Assembly (NCBI GenBank): GCA_000388065.2
Contig: KB932201.1
Origin: Fonticula alba ATCC 38817
Lineage: Eukaryota; Protista; Nucleariida
Direction: 5' to 3' (one strand)
Length of the DNA stretch: 60,453 nt
Part shown: piece after piece, positions 1 through 11,455 of the stretch
How the letters are laid out: the number at the start of each line of letters is the position of its first letter
Numbering within the stretch: position 1 is the stretch's first letter
Notes under the pieces: generated by a model
Seen by the model: the letters and a program-made list of their open reading frames with translations, nothing else
The model's database searches: none
What the model was told of the DNA's origin: nothing
Made by a program: the position numbers and the translations under genes

Positions 1-133
1 GTGTGTGTGTGTGTGCGCGCGCGTGTGCGTGCGTGGTTACTCCTGCCGCGCCTGAGGCGGTCTCCCCCCCTCCTCCACCACCCTCCCCTCTCTTCGCGCC
101 CCACCGCCCTCTGCGCCGTTCCCTGGCACCCCG

Positions 134-1926
134 ATGAACGAGCGCTGTGCGGTGATTCTCCTCCGCGGGAGCGGCGGCTTTGTCACGGGCCAAGATGGCT
201 CGGTGGCACTGGCCGACTCGCAGGACCCCTTGCCCGGGGCCTCATCCCCCACCTCCCCAACTCCCCTGAGCCCGGGCTCGGCGGCCGGCGGCCCGGGCGG
301 TGGCCTCGCCGGCACCGATTCAGCCTGCCTGCTGACAATCAACCAGGCTCGCGCATCGGAGTTCTCCCTCCTGCGCCGGCACTATCGCCATGGTTCGTAT
401 CCCCATCATCATTGCCACTCTCCTCCTGCCTCCGACCGATGCCTTCGCCCTACTTTCTTCAGCCTCTCTTTCTCAAGGTCCTTTCTGCGTTATTAACATC
501 ATTTTTGCACTGTCCGCCGTGTCGGCTCCGCAGTCATGGAGACAGACTGCGTCGCGTCGGCCATCCGTCTGACACGTGAGAGTGGCCTCCCCTTTTCAGT
601 CGTCCTATGGGACATTGATGAATTGCCCGCCTCCTGTCGGGCCACCCAGTGCTCGCCTTCCTCCTCCGCTTCGGCTACCTCGTCCCCCACGCAGGCCAGT
701 ACGTCAGGCTATTCGTCCCGGTCACCCCCCCCCCCCGACCCTGGCCCCGACCCCGACTCCCACTCCGACTCCGACTCTTTGCTTCTTCTCATGCTGACCT
801 TGCTTCCTCGTTCCAGATCATGCCCGTCCTGGTGATGCCGCCTCTTGCGAGGGGTGTGCCTACATTTCTCCCGTCGTTTCCACGCACAGCACCCCGGATC
901 CGGAGCTTCTCCTGGCACGGCTGGACGCGGTCCGGGCCCTGGATCCGTCGGTCGGCATTGTCTGTGCGTGTGCTGCCCTCTCGACCCTTCTGCCTCGGTT
1001 CTTCCGGTGAATTTGCAAACACTCACCCCCTCCCCTCTTCTTCGCCCTACAGGGCTCACCTCTTCCTACGAGGATGATCTGGCTACTGTGGCCATCACCC
1101 GCGGGCTGAACAATGTCGTGGTCCGCCCGCTCACGCCCCAGGCAGTTCGCACATTGGCCCTTTCGGCCACGGTGGCCTCCAAGCAGCATGATACTTGGCC
1201 ACCGGCGCTGGGAGACGGGGATGGCACTGAATCGCCGCGTGAGGCGCTGGCTCACCTGCAGCAGGCTGCTGCCGCCACCAGCCTCGAGGCCATTGACGGG
1301 TCGATCGACTACTCAAGCACATTGATTCCCTCTTGGTATCCCCTGTCTGGCGAGGACTATATTTACCCGAATGCCATCACAAACCAGTGCGTTGGGGGGC
1401 CCCCTTCCCCCGCCCATCCCCCTGGGCCCTCTTTTTTTTTTTTTTTTTTTACTGGTGCCAGTATGGCCACTGACTTTCCTCTCTTTCTTTCTCCCTCTCT
1501 TGCGCCCGTTTCCGGGCTCACATCCGCGCATCTACACACCATGTGCAGGGGCATCATGAACATCATGGCTATGTTTGGCAACCCCTTCGTTGAAGTGACC
1601 ATCTCCATGTTCCCGGAGTACGCACCCCATCATCTCCCCTCGCGGGGTTTCTTACTTTCCGGGCATTTCCGTCTGGCCGGCTCCTTTGCCCGTTTCACAC
1701 TCACTCCTTTGTTGTCCTTCTCCCTTCTCTTCCTGTCATCTCCACAGTCATAACTTCGAAGACACGGTCCTGAACAACTACCTGAAGTCCTGGAGCTTTA
1801 ATGCCCTCTCGTGCGCATCTTCCCCCTTTCCCCTTCGCTATCATTCATACACTACTGTGCCTCGGTTTGCCTCTTGTCTGTCCCCCTTTCATCTCATCCT
1901 TTCTCTCCCCCCCCCCCCCCGTCCCC

Positions 1927-2015
<89 letters not shown>

Positions 2016-4804
2016 NNNNNNNNNNNNNNNNNNNNNNNNNNNNNNNNNNNNNNNNNNNNNNNNNNNNNNNNNNNNNCCCGCACACACGGAGCCAAGTAAA
2101 CAAGCATCCCTCCCCCCCCCCCCCCCCCCCCCCCCGCCGGCCCCCTTCCTCCCCTCTCCCGAGCAGCCTCACCCAGACCCAGCTCCTCACGAGTGTTCTG
2201 TACATTTTCCAGAACCTCGACCTCCTCAGCACCTTTTCAGTCGACATGGACCGCTTCAAGCGCTTCGTCCTGGCTGTGCAGGCCAATTACCGCGACAACC
2301 CCTATCACAACTTTGCCCACGCGGTGGATGTCCTCCAGTCGGTTCAATGGTTTGTCCTGAACATGAGCCCCCAGCAGCGGGCCATCCTCCGGCCATTGGA
2401 TGTCCTTACGCTGGCCATCTCCTCGCTGTGCCACGACTTGTGCCACCCGGGGCTCAACAACTTCTATCATGTATGCTCTGCCTGTGATGTCATCTGCACA
2501 TGCGCGTTGCTCTATCCGGCCCATTGTGTCTCACTCTCCCGCTCGCCCTCCTCCTCCTTCTCCGCCTCCTCCCCCCCCCCTCCCCCCAACGGCTCCCATC
2601 TCGTTCCCGATGGCACGCAGGTCAATGCGCGCAATGCCCTGTCCATGCTCTACAACAACACCAGCGTCCTGGAGCACCTACATACGACCTTCACCTTCTG
2701 TCTACTCGAGCGGGCGGACCTCTTCTTCCTCGGGTCGCTGACCTCGGCCGACTGGGACTATTTCCAGCGCCATGTCCGGTCGGCCATCCTGTCCACGGAT
2801 ATGGCCATGCACTTTGAGTTCATCGGCAGCTGTCGAAACCGCACGGCCCCTGTCCTGCCGCCGTGCTCATCGAACTCCAGCAGCTCCGACCTATCCAGCA
2901 ATGGGTCGCTCCTGTCCAGCAGTGGATCGGCCGAGCTTGGCGATGCCGCGGCCGCCGGTGCCCAGCCAGATGCCGGGTCTTCTCTCTCCTCGGGGGCGGA
3001 TTCGCCGTCATCGTCGAGCCTGAACTCCGGCGGCCGGATGGAGCCGCTGTCCTCCATCAACAAGGGAGATGTGGACTTGGTGATGACCAGTCTCATCAAG
3101 GCGTCGGATTTGAGCAACACCGGTCGCGACTTCCCGATCGCCAAGGCCTGGTCGTATGTCCTGCGAGACGAATTCGTCTCGCAGGGACAATTGGAGAAGG
3201 AGCGCAATCTGCCGATGATTCCCTATGGTTCGGGAACCATGGACCTGTGGGATACCCAGCGGGAATTCATCGGCAAGGTGTCGCTGCCTTTCTACTCGGA
3301 AATCGCCAAGCTGGTTGATGTCTTCTACATTCCGGTCGGGCTGATGGAAAAGAACTTGGCCCTTTGGGTGGCTGTTGGTTTGGAGGAGGCCGCGCGTGCT
3401 GGCGATGCCGCAGCCATCGCGGCTCTCGGCGGAAGCGGCGGCCCCATCGGTGCCTCGCGTGACGCAGATGCCGGTGAGGATGACGATGCGGAGCACGCCG
3501 TTGCCGATCACGGGGCGCCCTGCATGTGTCCCCTCGAGCCGGGGTCCGCATCTGAGCATGCTCCTGCTGCCACTGTCACGGCCACGGCCACGGCCACGGC
3601 TTCGTCTGCCCCCGCCTGCCAGGCAACCATCACCGTGACTCAGCAGCAGGAGCAGCAGCAGTCGCAGCCATCGCGGCAATCATCGCCACCACAGCCGCCA
3701 TCCTCCCCGGGCGGGGAGGGGCTCAAGCGCCATGGTAGTCAGCGGTCGCCACCGGGTGCTGAAAAGTCCGACTCTGGGACCACTACCATTGTCACCGCCA
3801 CCGCCACCACGCCGTCGGGTTTTGTCCAGTCGGCCGGCTTCTCTGATCCCACCCTGCCGGACCCGGACTCCGGTCGGGTCTCGGCCCTGGTGGCCGCGGC
3901 CAACGCGCGCAGCCAGGATCCTGGCGTCGTTGTGGCCTCGGCAACCGGGCAGCGGAAGCCGGCCGGGCAGGTGACCGTGGCCTCCCCGGCCACCCCCCCT
4001 CCCACTGCCACCGCGGAAGATGGGACAGTCACGGTGTCGGCCGTGGCCACTTCCGGATCTGCGGCTGTGGCGTCGGCTTCGGTGGTCTCCTCCGCGGGTC
4101 CCGGGGCGGCCCCCTCTTTTGCCACGGTGGCTGCCAGCGGAGCGGTGCATGCAACCGCCTCTACGACGACGACCACCACCACCACCACCACCACCACCAC
4201 TACCGCCGCCGCCGGTGGACACGGCGGCGGCGGTGCCATGGGCTCGGCCAGTGGGACTCCCCTTCAGCGGTGGCCCTCCTGCCCGTCGGCACTGGCTTTC
4301 TCCGGCGCCTCGCCTTTCGGCCTTAATCAGGGCCAACAGGCGCCCGCCATTGGGGGACCCGGTGCCAGTGCGGCTGGCTCTTCCTCGACCGGTCTCCCGG
4401 CATCTGCTGTGGCCGTGTCGGCGACCGATCCGGCGGGTTTTCGCCCGGCCGGTGCCGGCGGGTCTGAGTCGGGTTCTCTCCCCCCGGGTGCCATAACCAG
4501 CACGGCTTCGGTGAATGTGCGCCCCTCCCCGGTGACCGGGGGGGGCGACATGGCTGCCGCTGGCTCGGCATCGGGGCTGTCCCCGCGCGCTGGCGGCCCG
4601 TCCTCCTCGGGGGGACCCCCTCCGGAGTCGGGTGTTACTACCTCCTCCCATCAGGCTCACATCCGCCGCCACCGTAAGACCGTACGTCCTGTTTGTGCTT
4701 CTCGGCTTCTCGGCTTCTCGGCTTCTTGCCCGTGTTTCATTCGTTCCTTTTCCGGGGGTGGCGGAGCGCGCATATCCAGCCCAGCTGTCGTCGGTCATGA
4801 CACA

Positions 4805-4860
<56 letters not shown>

Positions 4861-6259
4861 CACACGCACGCACATATTGACGACCTCTTCTTTTGCTTCT
4901 GCCTCCCCTTCCCTCGCCCTCGCCCTTTCCATGGGTCAGATTTCCCACCACCGGCGTTCCGATATGGAGGCCCTTTCGCGGACCCTCTCAAGCTACGAAA
5001 CGCCGAAGCATAGCGTGCACCTCGTGCAGGACGAGAGCAGCGGCATCCACCTGTACCAGCCCGGCAACGAGCGGGAGGTGGCTCGGGTCAATGAAGAAAC
5101 CGAGGCCCGTGCTCGCGACACCAGCCCCCTGCACTCAGGCACCATGCCGGCCCCTGGCTCCGTAAGTAGCTCTTCCCCTTGTCCGCCTCGAATTTCGCCC
5201 CTGAACCAGCATGTGTCTCCCCTGCGCATGGCATCTCCCTCGTCGGCGTCGTTCTCTGGCACGGTCGCTGCCGGGGGGCCGGGCCTCTCGGGCTCCGGTG
5301 CTGGCTCATCTACCACTCCGCCGCCGGTGCTGCGCCCCCCCCGGCGGGCATCCGAGTCGTCCATTAACACCTCACGGCCTACCCTCCTCTCGCCGGTGCC
5401 GACTCCTCGGGCCTTCCAGCCCTCGAGCCTCCTGTCGGCCGGCGGATCGCACCACCATCACCACCACATGGCCAGCAGCATGGCCGGGCCAGGCACCAGC
5501 TCCGGGGCCTCCTCCGGTGCATCGACTCCGACGGCTCTCTCACTGCAGCAGCAGCAGCTTCTTCTCCAGCAGCAGTTCCAGCACCGCTCCCCTCCTTCAA
5601 ATATCCGGGCTTCGCCCGACTCCTCGGTGGGCCAGCTGCACCTGCAGCCGCACTATGTGGCAGCCGGCGGGGCAGGGATACACGCCCCGTCGCCGCTGGC
5701 CGGTGGTGGTGGTGGTGGTGGTGGCGGCACCATGCGCCATACCCTTTCCCGGTCGGCATCCATATCCCACCCTCCCGGGTCTTCGCTGGACATGGCTGGT
5801 GGACGGGTGGTCGGCCTTCGGTCGACCTCGCCCCCGGGGTCCCCGTCGCCTGGGGCCTCGCGCCGGCCGTCGACCGCCATGTCGGCCTCCTCCTTGTCGT
5901 CGCTGAATGCCGGAGGGAGCTCGAACAATGTCTCGTACATCCGTCCTACTGTCGGTAATGTCACCGCATCGCACTCACTGTCCTCCTCGCCGGCCGCCTC
6001 ATCGGCCTCCTTCCTGTTGACGGCCATGTCTGCGTCGACGGCCGGTGGCGGGAATGCCGGGGCTTCGGCCTCCTCGCCGTCCCTTTCCTCAACTTCGGCC
6101 TCGACCGCCTCTCTGTCCTTCTCCTCCAGTAGCACCTCGGCTGGAGTTACTTCCGCCTCGGCCTCGGCCTCGGCCTCGGCCTCAGCCTCAGCCTCGGCTT
6201 CGGTCGTGTCGGCCACTGCTGGCAGCACTGTCAACAGTGCTGGCACGCCGCGGTCCTAG
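134..6259 (+). CDS. Class I (HD-type) 3',5'-cyclic nucleotide phosphodiesterase with N-terminal receiver (REC)-like domain and long low-complexity C-terminal tail, ~1573 aa
   Basis: Exons 134-392, 534-698, 817-963, 1053-1386, 1549-1617, 1748-1810, 2167-2470, 2621-4681, 4940-6259; all GT-AG with consistent phases. PDEase_I motifs NPYHNFAHAVDV, CHDLCHPGLNN, LYNNTSVLE, LSTDMAMHF, KASDLSN, LRDEFVSQG and TQREFI. The 5' end is uncertain because bases 1-133 look intronic and the gene may begin upstream of the window. Confidence 0.92.
1909..2134 (+). repeat. Poly-C tract (>100 C, interrupted by an N gap) in PDE intron 6
   Basis: Near-pure C run 1909-2015, Ns at 2016-2076, further C run about 2108-2134. 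Confidence 0.95.
4805..4870 (+). repeat. (ACGC)n tetranucleotide microsatellite in PDE intron 8
   Basis: Direct reading. It lies between donor GTACGT (4682) and acceptor CAG (4937-4939) and gives the spurious THAR repeats in the ORF track. Confidence 0.9.
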
Positions 6260-7608
6260 CCCTGCATGTGCCATCCCTGCACTGCATGGTGTCGCCCCTC
6301 CGATCCGCCCCCGCCCCGCCTCCTCCCACCTCCGCTCTCCCTCTGCATGTACCCTCTTGGTGGCTGGCAGAAAGAGAGAGGGAGAGAGAAAAAAAGAGAG
6401 AGAGAGAGAGTGAGAGTGTGCGAGACAGAAGGAGGCGCAGGGCGAAGGGTCGACATAGGATGGGCATTTGGCATTTCTCTTCCGGTTGTCTCTCCCGGGA
6501 CACAGTCTCCTTCCTCTTTCCTCCACACCATCCCCCACATCCCCTCTCTCTCCCCTCTTTTTTTAGCCTCTCGGTAGAATAATAAATCCTCACACATCCT
6601 TGAAATAGCTCACCAGCTCTCTCTCCTTCCTCTCTCTCTCTCTCTCTCTCTTTCCTTGTCTCTTCTTATTTCCATATTCCTCACATATGGCTATATCCGC
6701 CTCTCTCTCTCTCTCACACACACAGACACACAGAGACGCACACGAGCCCATGCGTGCACATGTTCCCACACCTGTCTTGAGGCGTGGCTCCTCCCCCCTT
6801 GAACGCCGCTATCCCCAAAAGTGCCTGCCACTTCCTTTTCCCCACAAAGACACCGAGATACCATATCATCGCGTTCAGCAAAGCCAGTGTGTTTCTATTG
6901 TGAGGAGCAGACCGGGTGCCGGGGACGGAAAGAGTGGCCAGGGCAGATCGTGGTCATGCCCATTGGTGAGCTTGCACGACCACGAAAAGCGGTGATGCCG
7001 GAGAGCAGGACAGAGAGCGAGCGAGAGATAGATGAAGAGAACGCGAGAAGAGGGCGGGCAGATGAACTCAGGTGATGGTGCGGGTCGTGGACATCGTCCC
7101 CCCGCTCCCTTTTTTCTTCCTCCGATCCCCCTTTCCGATGTCACTAGGTAGCGCCCACAGGCTGTACAGCAAAAGGCCAGCGAATGAAAGTCGCTATGTG
7201 CTGGCAAAACGGGAAGAGGGTGGGGGCGGGCAGGGAGAGCGCGAAAGGCACAAACCACCGGGCTTTTCCAGGAAAGCGCCTCCCCGCGATAGGCCGGCTA
7301 GGCCGGGGGGGGGGGGGGGGGGGGGGGCACCAAACAGGGAGGATGCAAAGGGGGCGCACACGCCTGTCCTCGCTTGTTCTTTTTTCTTCTTTTTTTGGAG
7401 GTCGAGCTGACTCACATGCCCTCGATCTTCTTCGGGGGGGGGGGGGGGGGTTCCTTTCCCCCTGATCGCACCTAGCATGCTCAAGGCCCCACACAAGCAC
7501 AGGCAGATGTGTATGTGTGTGTGTACACTACTGGTTGTGGCTATGATCACGCACGTGCATGCATACGGGCGCCTGCCAAGCACATACATGCCCACGCCTC
7601 CGTTTGGC

Positions 7609-8334
7609 CTAGATGTTCAGCAGCCGCTCGATGTTGGGCGTGGGCCGCGGGCGGCGCTTGTGGAAAATGGTGCGCAGGTACTCCTCGGAGAATTCCTGAT
7701 CATAGGAGCAGGCGCTGGGGAAGCGGTCCTCGGAATCCTCGTCGACTACCCCGCGTCCGGTCATGGGAACCAGTCCCAGATCGGGCATATCCTGCAGGCG
7801 GATGTGCGAGATGATGGCCGTGGCAATTTGGAACCCATGGCAGAAAGTCCGCGCCAAAAGGGACAGCTCGCGCACGGTGGACATGAAGTAGATGAAGTAG
7901 CTCATGGTCAGGAAGAAGGAGACAATGGTGGAGGCCTTCTTGACGAAGTAGAGCATCTTCTCGTAAGATGTAAGATGCAAGCAGCCAGCCAGACTGGCAG
8001 CCCCCAAAAGGCCGACCGCGGCCCCCCCGAGTCCCACGGTCCAGGCCGGAGACTGATCCACGGGAAGGGTGGCCGACACCTCTGACCGGCTGAGAGCCAC
8101 ATGCACTCCGGCCAGGACGACGATTGCCACCAGGAAGTCGCCCAGGATGCGGGCCAGCTCTCGGCGAAAGGCCAGGATCCGCGAGTGAGGAGTGGGCTGG
8201 GTGGGCCCCTTGGGACCGGTCGGGCCTACCGTCGAGTCATGGGCGAGCTCCTCATACTTGGTAGAGCGCGAGCCCACAAGCCATCCAGAGGACGTGCCCG
8301 ACGAGGGGGCGGGAGCAGAGGGGGGTGCCTTCAT
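7609..8334 (-). CDS. Hypothetical multi-pass membrane protein (~241 aa, ~4 hydrophobic segments)
   Basis: ATG at 8334 to TAG at 7609. Hydrophobic stretches ILGDFLVAIVVLAGVHVAL, WTVGLGGAAVGLLGAASLAGCL, TIVSFFLTMSYFIYFM and LARTFCHGFQIATAIISHI. An acceptor at 8394-8396 implies upstream exon(s). No family recognised. Confidence 0.7.
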   Translation of the reverse strand: MKAPPSAPAPSSGTSSGWLVGSRSTKYEELAHDSTVGPTGPKGPTQPTPHSRILAFRRELARILGDFLVAIVVLAGVHVALSRSEVSATLPVDQSPAWTVGLGGAAVGLLGAASLAGCLHLTSYEKMLYFVKKASTIVSFFLTMSYFIYFMSTVRELSLLARTFCHGFQIATAIISHIRLQDMPDLGLVPMTGRGVVDEDSEDRFPSACSYDQEFSEEYLRTIFHKRRPRPTPNIERLLNI

Positions 8335-8443
8335 TGTGGGACTGCTAAGCGGTGGGCAAGCAGAAGGGCAGCCGAGGATGAAGGTCAGACTGACTGGCAG
8401 TGAGAAATTAAAGGAGACAAAGAGCCAGCGAGCGATAGAACGA

Positions 8444-8457
8444 GAGAGAGAGAGAGA

Positions 8458-8489
<32 letters not shown>

Positions 8490-8512
8490 ACGAGAGAGAG
8501 AGAGAGAGAGAG

Positions 8513-8554
<42 letters not shown>
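8444..8554. repeat. Compound (AG)n/(AGAT)n microsatellite
   Basis: Direct reading; forms the pyrimidine tract of a minus-strand intron upstream of the TM gene. Confidence 0.9.
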
Positions 8555-9799
8555 CGAGGAAGAGGGCGCGCGCGCGCGCGCGCAAGAGGCAGGACATGCC
8601 AGAGCGGGCCTTCTACAAAGGAGACCGGGCGCCGGGAGGAGGCGTCCGGTGATCTGTCGAAGGAAGTCTTGGTGGGCAATGGGCACCGGGGCCCCGGGAG
8701 TTACGTACAGGATCGCCAGAGGGAATGCTGAAATGCAAGAAGGCTCGGGGTGGCAGGGTGGCAGGCGAAGATCCCGGTGAGAGAGCGGTAAGCAGGACGC
8801 AGAGACTGGCACCGCTAGTGGCAACCAAAGGGCAGGAAGAGATGCAGGAGGGGGGTAGGGTGGGGAGGGGGCGAGGCGGGGGGAGGGAGGAGGAAGGGGT
8901 CTGCCCGGGCGCTGTCGCGCTTTTCTCGGGGCAGGGCTGCCACCTCAAGAGGATGGCACAATGGCCAACGTTGGAAGATCGTGGCGGCACACCTTGACGG
9001 GGTGGCCGTCTGGTACCTGCCGAGGCCATGCCGGCAGACCACAGCCAGCCTCCTGGGCGTGTGTGACCCGCGCACCAGCATATTCAAAGAGGGGCGCCTT
9101 GATTGGGACACTGGCGCGCGGGTGCTTTCCCCTGGCCCGGAGTAAGATCTGACTGAGATGAAGCCGGCCCGGGGGGGGCGGGGGGGGGGGGGACGCGCCA
9201 GCCGCTTTGCCCAGAGGGGCTCGCCGGGTGAGGCCCGGGGGAGGTGGGCGTGAGCCGACCGCCACGGCCGGGCCCCGGGGGCGGGGCTGTGCGCAACCAC
9301 ACCACCTCGTTTGTCCTGACTGCCAAGGGGGAGACCGCACCTTGGGGGGGCTCCATGGTAGGGGGCGGATCGGCCCCGCCAGAGACAAGCCACCGAAGAG
9401 CCAAAGAATGGGGCACGCGCCAGGGAGGATGCTTATGATGGGTCTGCCCAGGGAGCCGCAATTGTGCCGGCTGGTTGGACATCAGCCAACATCTGGTACC
9501 CCACACAGAATCGGACCACGGAAGAGAGGAGGCAACGAGGCCGGGGGGGGGGGGGGACGGGCAGCCCGAGCACCGCAGGTTGTGGGTGAAATTACCCGCG
9601 GCTCCCAGAACTCCGGCCGCCGGTTCTGGGCCGGTGTTTGGCCGGCCCGTATTGGATGGAGACGTACTGCTGAGGGCACATGTCGGCGAGATCGCCGAGC
9701 CTATATCGTGGGAAGGGGGGCCAGGAGGAGCCGCCTGGAGCCATACGCGGGGGAGGTCGTCAGAAGGGGGCGAAAGCCGCACGGGGAGCGGACCACCAC

Positions 9800-9802
<3 letters not shown>

Positions 9803-9844
<42 letters not shown>
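9803..9844. repeat. (CAG)14 trinucleotide repeat outside any recognised CDS
   Basis: Direct reading. Confidence 0.9.
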
Positions 9845-9846
<2 letters not shown>

Positions 9847-11375
9847 GAGCAGGCCCAGTGTCCCGGGATAAGACCACCCACAACGCCCAAACCGATGGAG
9901 CCCGCATTAATCAAGGCCTCTAGCTGCCTTGGACATCTACCCCCCTCCCCCCCTCCCCCCCCTGAGGGCACATACTTTGAGTGTCCTCAGCTCCCGGGCA
10001 TACATGCAAACCACCGGCCAAGGCAGATAGCATGACAGCCAGGGCTGCCGGCGTGCGGACAAGGGTCTCGCCGAGCAGCCGAAGCAAACTTGGCTGCTCT
10101 CGCGGCACGCTCTTCAAGCAAGTGTGACAACAGCACCCGGCGTGCGGCTCGGGGAAATGGCGGGTGTGCGCCCTGGCCGATGCCATGCTGTGAAACCAAA
10201 CACGGCTATCATCCACTGGTGGGGTTTATCGTATTTGGCGGTGGCGCACACGCAGAGGCTACAAGGAGGCGGCCCCCCCCCCCCCCCGGCCCCGGCCCCG
10301 GGGTCAGCCACTTCTGCCGGGCGCGCTGTAGGGGGCGCCGGCCCGGGGCCGGCGGTCGTCGGGGTTCTTCTCGGCCGCGCGCGGCAGCCGCGGGCGGTGC
10401 GCCCGCCCTGCGCTTTTTGATGATTGTATGTTGTGGGCGTGTTGTGCACTCTGGGGAGGCTGCGGTGGGATTTATTTTTTTTCCCAATAAAATATTGCCT
10501 TTTCCTTGGCGCTCACCCCCGCAGCCGAGGCCTGTGCCACCTTTTTCTGGCCACTTTTCCTGACCCTCCCACGCCCCCCCCCCCCCCCCCCCCCCCCCCC
10601 CCCACCCCCGCCCCCCCCCGCCCCGCCCCTTGGGGGCGTGCCCGGGGGGCGGGACGGGGGGGCCCCCCCCCCCCCCCCCCCCGCCTAGTCCCCATCTCCT
10701 CCTACCAGGAGCCAGGGGCGACTAAGAATTCCTGCGCGAACAATCGCCCCTCCCCCCTCGCTCAAAGCACGAGCATGGGGAGGCGTATGGGACCCCAAGT
10801 GGGTCATTCGTCAGGGCATGAGAAGCCAAGCGCTGGGCGTGGCGTCGATGTGGAGGGGCCGTGAAGAGCAGGCAATCAAACATGTCAAAAGCGGGGGCAT
10901 GCGTCTGGCCCCTCCCAACGAGCGACGAGGTCCCCCTCGTTACTCTCGGTGAGCCGGCAGCTCCAGGCTTGGAGCTTCAACACCTCCCAGGTCCTCCCAG
11001 CCTGCCGTCGGTCCTTCGCCTCGCGGCCCCAGGGGGCTTCATCTTTGTACGCGATAGTCATTGGTCTGGCTGGTATGAAGGATCGGCGAAATCCTCCTCA
11101 AAACTGGCCCAAGGATCTCGAGGGAAAATTAACACGACCCCCCCCCCCCCCTCCCGCCCCCCGGTGCAGAGGAGATCAATTCATCCGAAGTCCCTTGGGA
11201 GGCATTTCGAAGATTCCCAGACCAAAAGGTAGATCGAGGGAGTTTCGGCCTTTGAGCGTGCCACGGGTCCGGGCCACGGAATTCCTCGTGGTGTTGTGCG
11301 GCCAAGACTGGCTGGATGGGAGGGGGGATGTCAGAATGCGCCCCTCTCCCATGCGCAGCGGAGTGTCCTTATTTT

Positions 11376-11377
<2 letters not shown>

Positions 11378-11449
<72 letters not shown>
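11378..11449. repeat. (GT)36 microsatellite
   Basis: Direct reading. Confidence 0.95.

Positions 11450-11455
<6 letters not shown>

Noticed and set aside
2471-2620. Stop-free, 3n-length introns read through in the ORF track (PDE 2471-2620 and 4682-4939, PSD 16420-16617, PDHB 58768-58998)
   Set aside because: They have canonical splice signals and interrupt conserved domains. About 4 of 33 is roughly what high GC content would give by chance, so this is not evidence of programmed intron retention.
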